DNA of 64,000 nt from a virus. Positions 8,036 through 18,200 of this stretch are shown piece after piece; position 1 is the stretch's first letter, and every line of letters starts with the position of its first letter. The notes below the pieces were generated by a model, which saw only the letters and a list, made by a program, of their open reading frames with translations, was not told where the DNA came from and did no database searches. The stretch is from positions 10,199 through 74,198 of IMG/VR virus record IMGVR_UViG_3300045957_000047; one strand, written 5' to 3'. A program made the translations under genes and the position numbers.

Positions 8036-9616
8036 ATGAAAGCGAAATTCTATCTCAAAAACAATGTTGTACTCATGATCTGGAAGGGAGAAGATTTTGG
8101 GTTTGGTAAGCCCATAAAGATAGGGGTCTATGCAGCGAAGTATTCTGATGTTAAGTACAGACATTTATTAGAACAAGGTGTTACATTTATTAACCGTTTT
8201 GTTGATGTATATCCTTTCCCAGGACATTATAAAAAACCTCGATCTGCACAGGTCGAGATGTTAGATTTCCAGATCCACCACCATCGCCGATACAATCTGT
8301 CTGAAATGCGTACGGGCAAGTCAGGGCCTGTGTGTTGGAATATTGACATAAACATGACGTACAACGGCATCAAACGATCTGTGATTTTTGCACCTCGATC
8401 TACGATGCTTGATACGTGGAAGACCGAACTGTTTGGTATCTGCATGAAGCGCAGGGTTTTCTATTCGGTCCATAAGACCGACGCTATCAAAAAACTCAAG
8501 CGGGCATTACTTCGAAAAGAGAATCCGTTCGAAGTATTCGTGATCAACGTGGACAAGATCTGGCGTGTGATCGAAGAATTGTTGACGTATGATCCTCAGG
8601 ATGTGTACATTGATGAGGCCAGTGACTATACCGACAGCTCTACTTCTCGGTACCGGGCATTGGCTGAACTGATGAGCAATCCTAAAAGAAGTTTACTGGC
8701 GCTTACTGGCACGCCCATGCCTAACAGGGCACCGGATGTCTGGTGTATTGCCCGGTTGATTAATCCGGAGACTCCTTCGAGTAAGACCATACTCAGGCAG
8801 AAGACTCAAACACAGGTTTTCCTTAAGGGAGGTCGAGCTGTTTGGGAAAACAAACCCACTGCTTCAAGAACTGTGGCCGAGCTGATGCAGCCGAGTATTC
8901 GATTCCGAACTGATGATGTTGACGATATGCCAGAGCATGAGGGTTTCATGGTCTCTTGTGACCTGACAGCTCAGCAGCAGAAAATGTATGATCAGATGCG
9001 CAAAGATCTGTACACTGAATTAAATGGCAAAGAGATCACTGCCGTGCATGCAGGTGCCAAATTGTGGAAGCTTCTTCAGATCGCCAGTGGTGTCTGTCGG
9101 GGAGAGGAGGGAGAGATTGTCCTGATCGGTGCTGAGCACAAGATGGCTGAGACTAAGCGACTCATTAAAGAGACACCACGCAAGACCGTTATCATGTCAG
9201 CCTTTACAGCTGTTCAGGATTACATCATATCTGAGCTTGAAGGAATGTACCGAGTAGGCCGTATCAATGGTTCGGTCAATGATCGTAATCGTAAGAAGAT
9301 GTTAGATGGCTTTCAAGGTGACAAGCTTGACATACTGGTGTGCCACCCTCGTACTACACGCTATGGTTTGAAAATGCACGCAGCCAGTCAGATGTTGTGG
9401 TTTGGTCCTGTTTACTCTGCGTTAGATTTCGAGCAAGGATCATTTCGTATCCGTGGACCTGGTACAGGCAAGACAATGTATGGTAAGCTTGCTGCCACTC
9501 CATTAGAGAGACAAGTGTTCGATCTGATTGACCGTCGGATGTCAGATCAACAAGAAATGCTGTCGATGACTCAGGTCATTGAACAGACTATACAGCAGTT
9601 CAAAGTAGCTGCATAA
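8036..9616 (+). CDS. SNF2-like superfamily 2 helicase
   Basis: EMRTGKS, YIDEAS, LTGTP, YGLKM, QGSFRIRGPG. Confidence 0.92.
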   Translation: MKAKFYLKNNVVLMIWKGEDFGFGKPIKIGVYAAKYSDVKYRHLLEQGVTFINRFVDVYPFPGHYKKPRSAQVEMLDFQIHHHRRYNLSEMRTGKSGPVCWNIDINMTYNGIKRSVIFAPRSTMLDTWKTELFGICMKRRVFYSVHKTDAIKKLKRALLRKENPFEVFVINVDKIWRVIEELLTYDPQDVYIDEASDYTDSSTSRYRALAELMSNPKRSLLALTGTPMPNRAPDVWCIARLINPETPSSKTILRQKTQTQVFLKGGRAVWENKPTASRTVAELMQPSIRFRTDDVDDMPEHEGFMVSCDLTAQQQKMYDQMRKDLYTELNGKEITAVHAGAKLWKLLQIASGVCRGEEGEIVLIGAEHKMAETKRLIKETPRKTVIMSAFTAVQDYIISELEGMYRVGRINGSVNDRNRKKMLDGFQGDKLDILVCHPRTTRYGLKMHAASQMLWFGPVYSALDFEQGSFRIRGPGTGKTMYGKLAATPLERQVFDLIDRRMSDQQEMLSMTQVIEQTIQQFKVAA

Positions 9617-9628
9617 TCATCGGGGAAA

Positions 9629-10096
9629 ATGATGGAAGTAAGAAAGATGCACGGGTTGATCCGCCATTGGCGAGATCGACATCTAGCTATTAAAGAGAAG
9701 GAAGATCAGCTGGCGGAGGACACGGCTACAGCTCGATCTGAAATAAAAAGGATTAAAGAGGCTCTCAAGGAGGTAGTATCGAAGAAAGAAGGGGCACAGA
9801 AAAAAGTCCCACTCAACGACAAGTCAGCCACAGTCAGTGCAGTGTGGACCGACAAGTACAACATTGTCGACCGGGATGAGTTGGAAGACTGGATTATGGA
9901 GGGTGTGCCTCAGAAGTATCAGAAGAAACTGCGATCTAGATTGCAAGTTTTTGGTAAGGGTCTTAACGGGGACTACTGCAGGCAGCACCGGGCGGACTCG
10001 GGAGCAGAGGAGATCAACGAGCACTTGCAAGGGGGTACAAACGTACCGGGTACCGGTGTGTACACAAACAAAGACGTGCGTCTTTGGACTAAATAG
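9629..10096 (+). CDS. hypothetical replication-module protein with an N-terminal coiled coil
   Basis: 155 aa between helicase and SSB-like gene; GGGGA RBS. Confidence 0.8.
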   Translation: MMEVRKMHGLIRHWRDRHLAIKEKEDQLAEDTATARSEIKRIKEALKEVVSKKEGAQKKVPLNDKSATVSAVWTDKYNIVDRDELEDWIMEGVPQKYQKKLRSRLQVFGKGLNGDYCRQHRADSGAEEINEHLQGGTNVPGTGVYTNKDVRLWTK

Positions 10097-10120
10097 AAAT
10101 TTAACTTTCGGGGAAATACA

Positions 10121-11320
10121 ATGACAGAAGATAATCAAGAAATCGTAGTTATATCAAATAAAGCCGTGGAACCCAAGAGGAACTTTGCAGCGTTGGCCAA
10201 GAAGGTCAAGGGACTTGCTGAGGACAGTCCTCTTCGAAAGATTCAGGGAAGTGCCCCCTATCGTCTTACGCTGAACGGTAGTACCTTTCAGGTCAAGCAG
10301 GGAAGTAAAGTTCTTCAAGAGTTGACCACAATCGAAAAACGAGGTACACGGAAAGTCAAAGTTCCGATTAAGGAGTTGGACATTGTCATACACGCAGTAA
10401 GCCCGGTAATTCAACAACAGCTGTTGAAGAAATACGATCCAACTAATCCAACTTTTGAGCCACTGGGTTGCTGGTCTAATGGGGATGAATGGGGTAAACC
10501 CGATCCTGAGTCCTGGAACATGCAGTCAGAGTCTTGTGATACTTGTGCCTATGGACCGAACGGTACCTCTGAAGAGGCAAATTGCTCGCTCACTAGATCG
10601 GCGGTAGTGAGCATCTACTCAGAGAGTGTGGTACCTGAGCATAGGCTTTTGATGAACTTCAACTGGTCATCTAACAAGGTAAAAGGGAATCTTGGTGAAG
10701 ACCCGGATGAGAATGTGTTTGGTCTGATTAACTACTTAAATACTTTGGCAACATTAGAAGTAGAGACGCACCGGGTCAGGACTCGGCTGATTGTTGATGA
10801 CTACAGTCACGAGAAAAACAACAGCAAGTTGCTATTCCAACCTATAGACATACTGGAAGATGATGATGCGCCGAACATGGTTGCTCACAATAAGTGGTCG
10901 ACTGAAGATGATCTCCAGAAATTGTGCAGGATCACTCAGCGCCGACCGGCATCTGAAGAAGGTCTGCCTGCTACTGGCTTAGAGGATAAACCAGCCGCAA
11001 AGCCCAAGCCCAAGCCCAAGTTTTCCCCCGAACAGGAATTGGAGGATGAGTGGGACGAGGCTCTGGAGGAAGATGAAGTAGAAGAAACACCTCCCGTCCG
11101 AAAGAAGAAGGTGGCGGCCAAGAAGAAAGCAGCAGCCAAGAAGAAACGCGCCCCAGCTCCTGAGCCGGAAGATGAAGAGGAAGATGAGGATGAGGAGCTG
11201 TCACTCGATGAGCTGGAAAGCTTCGGCGAAGAGGTCGTAGATGAAGAGGACGAAGAAGATCTGGAAGCCGAAGATGAAGATGACTACGGAGGTCTTGAAG
11301 AGCTGTTAGAAGACGACTGA
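10121..11320 (+). CDS. putative single-stranded DNA-binding protein with a long acidic tail
   Basis: CWS...CDTC...C Cys cluster, very acidic C-terminus, position before the primase. Confidence 0.7.
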   Translation: MTEDNQEIVVISNKAVEPKRNFAALAKKVKGLAEDSPLRKIQGSAPYRLTLNGSTFQVKQGSKVLQELTTIEKRGTRKVKVPIKELDIVIHAVSPVIQQQLLKKYDPTNPTFEPLGCWSNGDEWGKPDPESWNMQSESCDTCAYGPNGTSEEANCSLTRSAVVSIYSESVVPEHRLLMNFNWSSNKVKGNLGEDPDENVFGLINYLNTLATLEVETHRVRTRLIVDDYSHEKNNSKLLFQPIDILEDDDAPNMVAHNKWSTEDDLQKLCRITQRRPASEEGLPATGLEDKPAAKPKPKPKFSPEQELEDEWDEALEEDEVEETPPVRKKKVAAKKKAAAKKKRAPAPEPEDEEEDEDEELSLDELESFGEEVVDEEDEEDLEAEDEDDYGGLEELLEDD

Positions 11321-11328
11321 TTTTCCCC

Positions 11329-11344
11329 AGGCCAAGGACGGCCT
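11329..11344 (+). promoter_or_regulatory. hairpin with an AGGA loop (CsrA/RsmA-site-like)
   Basis: AGGCC-AAGGAC-GGCCT about 8 nt upstream of the primase RBS. Confidence 0.4.
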
Positions 11345-11367
11345 ATTACTTTGGAGAGAGTAGATAA

Positions 11368-14334
11368 ATGATCGAAGCTTTTTACCAGGACATCTCTGTC
11401 CCCGGCCAGAAAGTGGTTGCCACAATAGATGACTATAAAGTAATCACGCATTATGTTCTTGGAACGACCGAAGAAATCATTCCCTTCCTTTCTCAGTTCG
11501 AAGAGTTAAACACTTACCATTCAGTAGGGGGATATCAAGGTCTGCCTACCGGGAAGCAATTCGAAAAGAAAGGCTCTTTGAAGAACCTCACGGGCTGCGT
11601 AGGGGCTTCCTCTTTCGTTTTTGATTTGGATGTCGGGGATAAGGATGGGCAGTATGATTCTCTCGAAGAAGCGTTTGACGATATTTCTGCAGCCGTAGAG
11701 CAGGGTAATCTTCCAGAGCCTCGCTGGATCTTGTATTCAGGCGGAGGTCTTCAGATCTATTATGTGGTCGATGAGATACTGGATGAAGTCATCTGGACTC
11801 CCCGATTCCAGCAGCTCAAGCGACATGTCGCACGTTTTTTAAAAGTAGACCCCACGGTAGGCAGTAAGCCCTATCGTTTGGTGAGAAGCCCCTGTACTGC
11901 CAATTGGAAGTATGAGGAGCCGGTCATGCCTCAGATCATCACGGAGGTACCAGGAGACTATCTGAGTCTGGACTGGCTCGATCAAGTAGCTCCTCAAGGA
12001 GTAAAGCCTAAGGCATCTAAGGTAGCCATAGACCCCACGGAGAGTGAGCTGAAAGTCGACAGCCCCATCTCGGCCAAGCGGATTATAAAAGCTTGTAAGT
12101 TTTTCCAGAACCTGTACCAGCACCGAGGTAGTAATGCCACCTACCCTGTGTGGTTTTCTTCTCTCAATGTAGCCGCGCACACCAAAGAGTTTCGTACCTT
12201 TGCACATATACTGTCTAAGGGTCATTCAGGGTACAGTCGGGAAGAGACAGATCTTCGCTTTGATGAGGTGATTCAAAACGCGAGTGCCGGTCCGCACGGT
12301 TGTCACCACTTTGGTGATACAGATAATCCCGATTCCCCATGTCATGGGTGTTGGGCAGCTAAGGCCGGTCTTAAGAATCCGGTCTCGGCGGCCAGGCATT
12401 TCAATCCGATCGCGCATAACAACACAACTCTGCGGGACATGTTGGGCAAATCGTCTAAGAAAAAACCGGCACCGGTATTGGTCAACTTGGACGAGCCAGA
12501 GATAGAGACCTCTGTTCCCCTGGTGTCGCTTGACGATATTGCAGTCGATGACGATGATGAAACGCTTGGCCTTAAGAAGAAAGTCGAATATGAATATTTT
12601 TTACCCGACGGGTGGGAAGTGGTAGAGGGGATCATACAAGACTCTGAACAGAATCCGGTTTGCCAAGACTTATGTATCGGCAGCAAACAGAGATCGTTGA
12701 CACGTAATGATGCCTGTATTCCGATCTCTGCTGACTACGGAGAGAACTGGACAACGATACCGGCGGGAGCTGTTGGCAGTATTGGAGCTGTCGTCACTAA
12801 CTTGGCTAATGCAGGTATCTATATTATTAATACAAAGAAAACTCACTTCCTTTTAATGCAGGCGATGAGTCAAAAGTTACACTACCAGATTACCTCGTAT
12901 GGGTTCTCTGAAGACCTCAAGCGAATTGTAATCCCTAAACACCAACTGGGCCACATGCCAGATAACGTTTGTCTCTCTCCTCGAATGAGACCTTTGGAAG
13001 CCAAGTGGGGTGGTCAAAGAGGTACGATGAAGAAGTGGCTTAAGGCTGTACAGATTTACGAGAGACCTGGGCAAGAGCCTTACTTGATGGCGTTGTTAGC
13101 AAGCCTGGCAAGCCCTCTTTTGAAGTATCACGATCTTGAAAAAGGGGTACTGCTGTCTCTCATCGGAGCAGGAGGGGCAGGTAAAACTACATCGATGTTG
13201 GCAGCTACTTCAGTGTGGGGTAAGCCTCTGGGTACACTGGCTGTGGCTAACAGTACGTACAACGCTATACGTCATACAATGACTCAGTGCGGGAATCTGC
13301 CATTTATTCTTGATGACGTGTCACAAACCAAGTCCCAGATCTTGAAAAATCTTGCACTCGATATCAGCCAAGGAGAGAACAAGGCACGGTTAGATCGAAA
13401 TTCAGAACGGATGGATGATGAGAACTGGCAATTGATTTGTCTGACGACCAGTAACGTCAGCGTTTTGAAAAGATTGGCAGAGGAAGTCGATCAAGGTGTG
13501 GCTGACATGGACCGGGTATTTGAAGTTCCTGTTACGTTGTCTACATCGGTCTCTATTGAAGAAGGCCGTATGACAGCAACGCTTCTGAAACAAAACTTTG
13601 GGCACATAGGGCCTAAGTGGATGGAGGCTTTAATGGATGCTGACATGGAAGAAGAGCGTAAAAGTTTCAAAGCGTTCAGTGATGGTTTCTGGAGAGAGCA
13701 TGGGTTAGAGGGTCGCAACCGGTTCTATGCTTCACTGATTACCAGCTGTTACTGGGCACACAGAAGGATCAAAGAAATGTACCCTGACTTTCCCGGTGAT
13801 CCATTGATGACGCTGCGTTGGATGTCAGGAAAAATCTATACGAATGCCAGCTATGTATCTGATGTACTGAATAGTCGAGTACCGTCTATTGACGATTTTG
13901 TTACAGAGTTCTCGATAGAGGGTTGTGTGTTGTCACCTACTATCAGCCCCAAAGGGGATCAGACAGCCAGAACGTACATCGGTATGGGCCAAAACATGAA
14001 GGGTTATATATTCGAGTATGGCCAGTATTATGCGATTCCTACGCAAACATTCGACAAGTGGTGTACACGCAATGCGCTCAAGACAAACACAGTGCTAGAC
14101 TACTGGCAAGGATCAGGCCGGGTAGTCAATCATGATAAGAAAGACGGCCACTTCAGAGCGCGAGTCAGGCTTCAGAAGGGATTGATTATTGATGGTGTAA
14201 GACAAAAACCTACAGTCATTTTAGTCTATCGGGGAGATACTATTGAAAGCGAATCAAGTCCAAAGGGAGCTACGGCAGGTAGCCAGCATCAGAAAGAAAC
14301 TTCAAATCCTTACGCATCCGTTGAGGATTACTGA
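11368..14334 (+). CDS. primase-helicase (AEP-type primase, DUF927-like region, P-loop helicase)
   Basis: FDLDV, SGGGLQIYY, RLVRSP; GAGGAGKTT Walker A, ILDD Walker B. Confidence 0.9.
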   Translation: MIEAFYQDISVPGQKVVATIDDYKVITHYVLGTTEEIIPFLSQFEELNTYHSVGGYQGLPTGKQFEKKGSLKNLTGCVGASSFVFDLDVGDKDGQYDSLEEAFDDISAAVEQGNLPEPRWILYSGGGLQIYYVVDEILDEVIWTPRFQQLKRHVARFLKVDPTVGSKPYRLVRSPCTANWKYEEPVMPQIITEVPGDYLSLDWLDQVAPQGVKPKASKVAIDPTESELKVDSPISAKRIIKACKFFQNLYQHRGSNATYPVWFSSLNVAAHTKEFRTFAHILSKGHSGYSREETDLRFDEVIQNASAGPHGCHHFGDTDNPDSPCHGCWAAKAGLKNPVSAARHFNPIAHNNTTLRDMLGKSSKKKPAPVLVNLDEPEIETSVPLVSLDDIAVDDDDETLGLKKKVEYEYFLPDGWEVVEGIIQDSEQNPVCQDLCIGSKQRSLTRNDACIPISADYGENWTTIPAGAVGSIGAVVTNLANAGIYIINTKKTHFLLMQAMSQKLHYQITSYGFSEDLKRIVIPKHQLGHMPDNVCLSPRMRPLEAKWGGQRGTMKKWLKAVQIYERPGQEPYLMALLASLASPLLKYHDLEKGVLLSLIGAGGAGKTTSMLAATSVWGKPLGTLAVANSTYNAIRHTMTQCGNLPFILDDVSQTKSQILKNLALDISQGENKARLDRNSERMDDENWQLICLTTSNVSVLKRLAEEVDQGVADMDRVFEVPVTLSTSVSIEEGRMTATLLKQNFGHIGPKWMEALMDADMEEERKSFKAFSDGFWREHGLEGRNRFYASLITSCYWAHRRIKEMYPDFPGDPLMTLRWMSGKIYTNASYVSDVLNSRVPSIDDFVTEFSIEGCVLSPTISPKGDQTARTYIGMGQNMKGYIFEYGQYYAIPTQTFDKWCTRNALKTNTVLDYWQGSGRVVNHDKKDGHFRARVRLQKGLIIDGVRQKPTVILVYRGDTIESESSPKGATAGSQHQKETSNPYASVEDY

Positions 14335-14830
14335 TCATGTATGGGAGAAGAAATCTGACCCACTGCAAGCCTGTAGGTTGAATAAGCGATACAATAAACT
14401 ACAAAACTGGAAGTCAAATGTCGTCGCTGAGCTTCGCAGAAACTTCGAACATCACACAGAGTTTGGACGTTGGGAAGCCTGGAGGCAGGATCGGTGGGGT
14501 GCCTTGACTGAGGAAGCACAACTTGTTTCAAAGGCCTGGAACCTTAAGTACGGCAAGGACATTCATGTCGCCATCCTGGCAATAGAGGCCAATTTGATGT
14601 TTGCCCATACCAAAGGGAATCGCTTCTTGCTTCGTGAGCCGTTACATGGTTTTCCTTGTATGAGTTATGTGACAGCAGAGGGTCCCAAATTGTTCGACTC
14701 TTATGAGCAGTTTGGACTTGAGGATTACCACTGCATATTACAGGGAGACGGAGGTCAGTTGTTTTACTTCGAGCCGGAGAAGTACGGGCTGGACCAAGCG
14801 TATTTCATAGAGCAGGTGGGTAGACCATGA
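14243..14830 (+). CDS. hypothetical protein
   Basis: GGGGAG RBS before TTG; overlaps the primase end by 92 nt. Confidence 0.7.
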   Translation: MKANQVQRELRQVASIRKKLQILTHPLRITDHVWEKKSDPLQACRLNKRYNKLQNWKSNVVAELRRNFEHHTEFGRWEAWRQDRWGALTEEAQLVSKAWNLKYGKDIHVAILAIEANLMFAHTKGNRFLLREPLHGFPCMSYVTAEGPKLFDSYEQFGLEDYHCILQGDGGQLFYFEPEKYGLDQAYFIEQVGRP

Positions 14831-15060
14831 GTCAAATACCGGGTGTTTTACTGATAGTCGGTATTTGGTTTTTTTGCATACTGTATAAAATGGGTATGCT
14901 TTGTATGTCCGTTGTTGAGGACTATAAAAAAGCCCTTCTTGAGCAGAGAAGTGATAAAGATGAGAAATTTAGAAGAGTCACTTCCACGTTTTTAACCAGT
15001 GGAATAACTCTGCTGGTAGCGACTTCGTACCTTATCTATTTAGCGGATACCTACTTTTGA
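14827..15060 (+). CDS. small membrane protein (2 TM)
   Basis: Two hydrophobic segments; ATGA coupling. Confidence 0.7.
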   Translation: MSQIPGVLLIVGIWFFCILYKMGMLCMSVVEDYKKALLEQRSDKDEKFRRVTSTFLTSGITLLVATSYLIYLADTYF

Positions 15061-15266
15061 CTGCTTTGGGTTTATTAGTAGTGCCCATGGTGTGGCTTCT
15101 TTGTCTGGCTCTGATTATGTTCTTGGAAGGAATCAGAGCCAGACAAGTCTATCGAAAGAGAAAAAATAAAGGTCACTTTAAATACTGGGTATTGGTAAAC
15201 GTATTCAGTACAATAACCTTTCTGTGTGCATTACTGCTCAGTATCTTAATTCCTCACTTGGTCTAA
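15057..15266 (+). CDS. small membrane protein (2 TM)
   Basis: Two hydrophobic segments around a basic loop; TTGA coupling. Confidence 0.6.
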   Translation: MTALGLLVVPMVWLLCLALIMFLEGIRARQVYRKRKNKGHFKYWVLVNVFSTITFLCALLLSILIPHLV

Positions 15267-18200
15267 GTACAAGTGATACACCTGCATCCTTTCCCGGTCT
15301 CTTACTTCCTGTAAGTTTCTCTTTTGTGCTTTGGTCGTGTTGTCGTTGATAAACTGGGGTCTGTGTCTTCTGTTTATCGCAACCATCTGTCTCTGCGCTC
15401 TCTCAAAAGAACCTTTGTGTTGCCTGTAGAAGTCACTTTGTTCGATAGCCTGTGCTCCTGCAGTATCTCCGACTTGTTTTAAGGCATTAACCCGTTGACT
15501 GAGTTCCTGCATGCGGTTGAAGTGTCTATAGAAATCGGTACTGACTTGGTTGAAGTCAGAGGCTACAAAGTTTCGAGCAAAGTACAGCCCAGCTTTCTGG
15601 TTGTATGCATAGTCTTCATCTCGGGTAGCGTATTTAATATTCTCAAACGCTGATTCGACCAAATAAGTAATGCTGCCACCAAAAGATCTCATCAAATGCC
15701 TGAGTTTATCCGGGTTCATTTCTGCATACCCATTTCTGGATAGATGTTGAGTGATCTGGTCATACATTTCTTGTTGGCTGTTGTAGCGCACACCAAAAGA
15801 TTCTGTCATGTCCCCCTGACCTGCTCCCACCACATCGGTGTACACCGGGATACCCAGGCCATTGAGATTCACGGCAACTTCGTAAAAGGGTTTAGTCACA
15901 GAGGGCAGGGCGGTACCTATTAAGGCAAGCGTAGGGTCGGCAGCAAAGAGACCAGCTACAGGGAATGGCGACACGTTGAGCGTAGGTTCGGAAGCTGCAA
16001 TCATATTCTCAAACGTATTGTTCAAGCCCTGGTGGCCCAGAGCGTAGCGCATGGCTTGGACACCGGCACTAAACGCAGAAGCGGGTGCTCCGAAACCCAA
16101 ACCAAATTGCAATTTTTGATCACCAAATTGCATGACAAAGTTTGTGGTGTAAAGCTTACCTTCTACTTTAGCCAGCTCATCGATGCCTTCCTCTTCATCG
16201 TAACCGGCAATCATGTTGGCCATGAGATATAGCCCAGCGCCTGCACCAAACGTAATGGCCAGGGTCTCTCCAGCGTAGTCACCCGTCAGTACTGAGTTGA
16301 TCAAAGCGGAGGTACCTACACCTGCTGAGCGTGCGAACGCATAGAAGACAGACAAGGGGCCTGTGATACTGCCGCGTTGCTCGAAGTTGGCCACACTCTT
16401 GGCAAGACCTGCCGCCACATCTTTGGGCTGGCCTTGGGCTTGCAGGGCTTTGTAGTAGGCAAAACGTGACAGGGTATCGGCTACCGAGTTCATGACAGCA
16501 AAGGTTTGATCCAACTGCTGTAGCCTTTTGGTAGCTGAACCGCGTCCAGGATTGACTTGAGACAGATCAGCGAAGCTGTTGGGTTGGCTGTCTTTAAGTG
16601 CTGCCACAAGGGATGTAGGGCCACCCAGTTTGAAAAACTCGTTGAGTTCTGCAATGGTAGATCCTGGTCCTTCCGAAGCCACCACCTCTGCTAAGCGATC
16701 AAACTGGTTGGTCTGCCACAGAGTGATGAAACGTGACACGTCTTTACCGTAATTCAAGCCCCCTTCTGTAAAGGTGTTCATATACTGCCTGAAACCTTGG
16801 CCCCCTTCCTGAACACTGATGTTGTATCCCAGGGTCAGGATATTCCTGATGGCGTCGTAGGGGATAAAAGCCGGGTTACGCCATGTTTTCAGAGAGGCAA
16901 TAAAAGAGGTGAAATCTCCCAGTCCCTGCCCTGCGGAAGTCGTTAGGGTCTCTCGGAATAGCCGGTCGACGGCATCGGCTGTAGCGTTACGCACACCGGT
17001 AATCACATCAGCCCCTTCAGGAGTAGACAGCTGACCCACAATAGCTTGGTCTTGCCCTGGGATATAATAAATCACAGTGCCTTTTGTTCGCCGGGCCATA
17101 GCCCTTTTGAACTCACGACTGTTGGTATCGAACAGCTCAATACCGCCTTTGAACAAGTCTCCACCAAAGCCGTCATCAGCCATGCCATCTCGGTATTCAG
17201 AGGACGCTTTGTTTGCGGCCATGTGGGTGAGTAGGGCCAAGGCATAGTCCCCGGACGTGGACTGTTCAAGAGATCCCATGGCCAGCTGCTGTAGCCCACC
17301 GAACACATCTTGTGCCAGACTCTCCCGGCCTTCAAAGGCTTTGAAGCTTGAGCTGAATACATCGTTACCATAAAACACACTCAAGGCCTCGTCCTCGTTG
17401 TCGGGGTTGAACCCTTTACCGCGCAAAGGCACGTAGTTCTGCCACCCGTAGGCAGCAATCCGATCTTTCAAACTCTGGCTGAACGCACCTTGCCGTTCTC
17501 GTAACGTGTTACTGGCTGCAACTACTTTCTGAGAAGAGGCTGCAATAGCCTCATAGAACTGCAGGTCATTACCTTGGAACTTGCTGAGTACTTGGTCGGC
17601 CTCAGCATCAGTCAGACCCGAACCTTTCCATGACGCCCTTTGCTGGGTGTCGGTGTGGGTGTAGACAATATCCCGGATATCCTGCATGTTCTGAGGAGTC
17701 AGATTCTCCGCCAAAGCATCCCGTTGACTATTGAGGGCAGAGTCATTGAGTTTGACCTGGAGTAAGAACGAGGTCTCGTTACGCTCTTTGGCATGCTTGG
17801 CTGTCATGTACAAACCGGCACTGGTTTTGGCAGCATCGATACTGACACCCAGAGCATTGGCCAAGTCTGCCACAGAGCTGTTCAGCTCCGCCATGACTTC
17901 GAAAAAGGTCATGTCATTACCTTGAGCATCCTGGCCCACGACTACCATGTCAGCATCTTTATTCTTGGCCAGGGCTTCCGCTCGGGAGGCATATAACGCG
18001 CCCAGCGAGTGAACAGAGAAACGCGACTTGAGTTGCTCTACATGCCCTGTGATCAGATCTCGGAGTTCTTGAGGTATTTGCTCGTTGCTCTGAATCTCGT
18101 TGACGACTGCCTGGATACGGTTGTCATCAAAGCGTTTGCGAAACAAAGTCTCAACGACCTGAGTTGTGAATTTAGAATCGGCGATAGCCTGCTGCACAGC

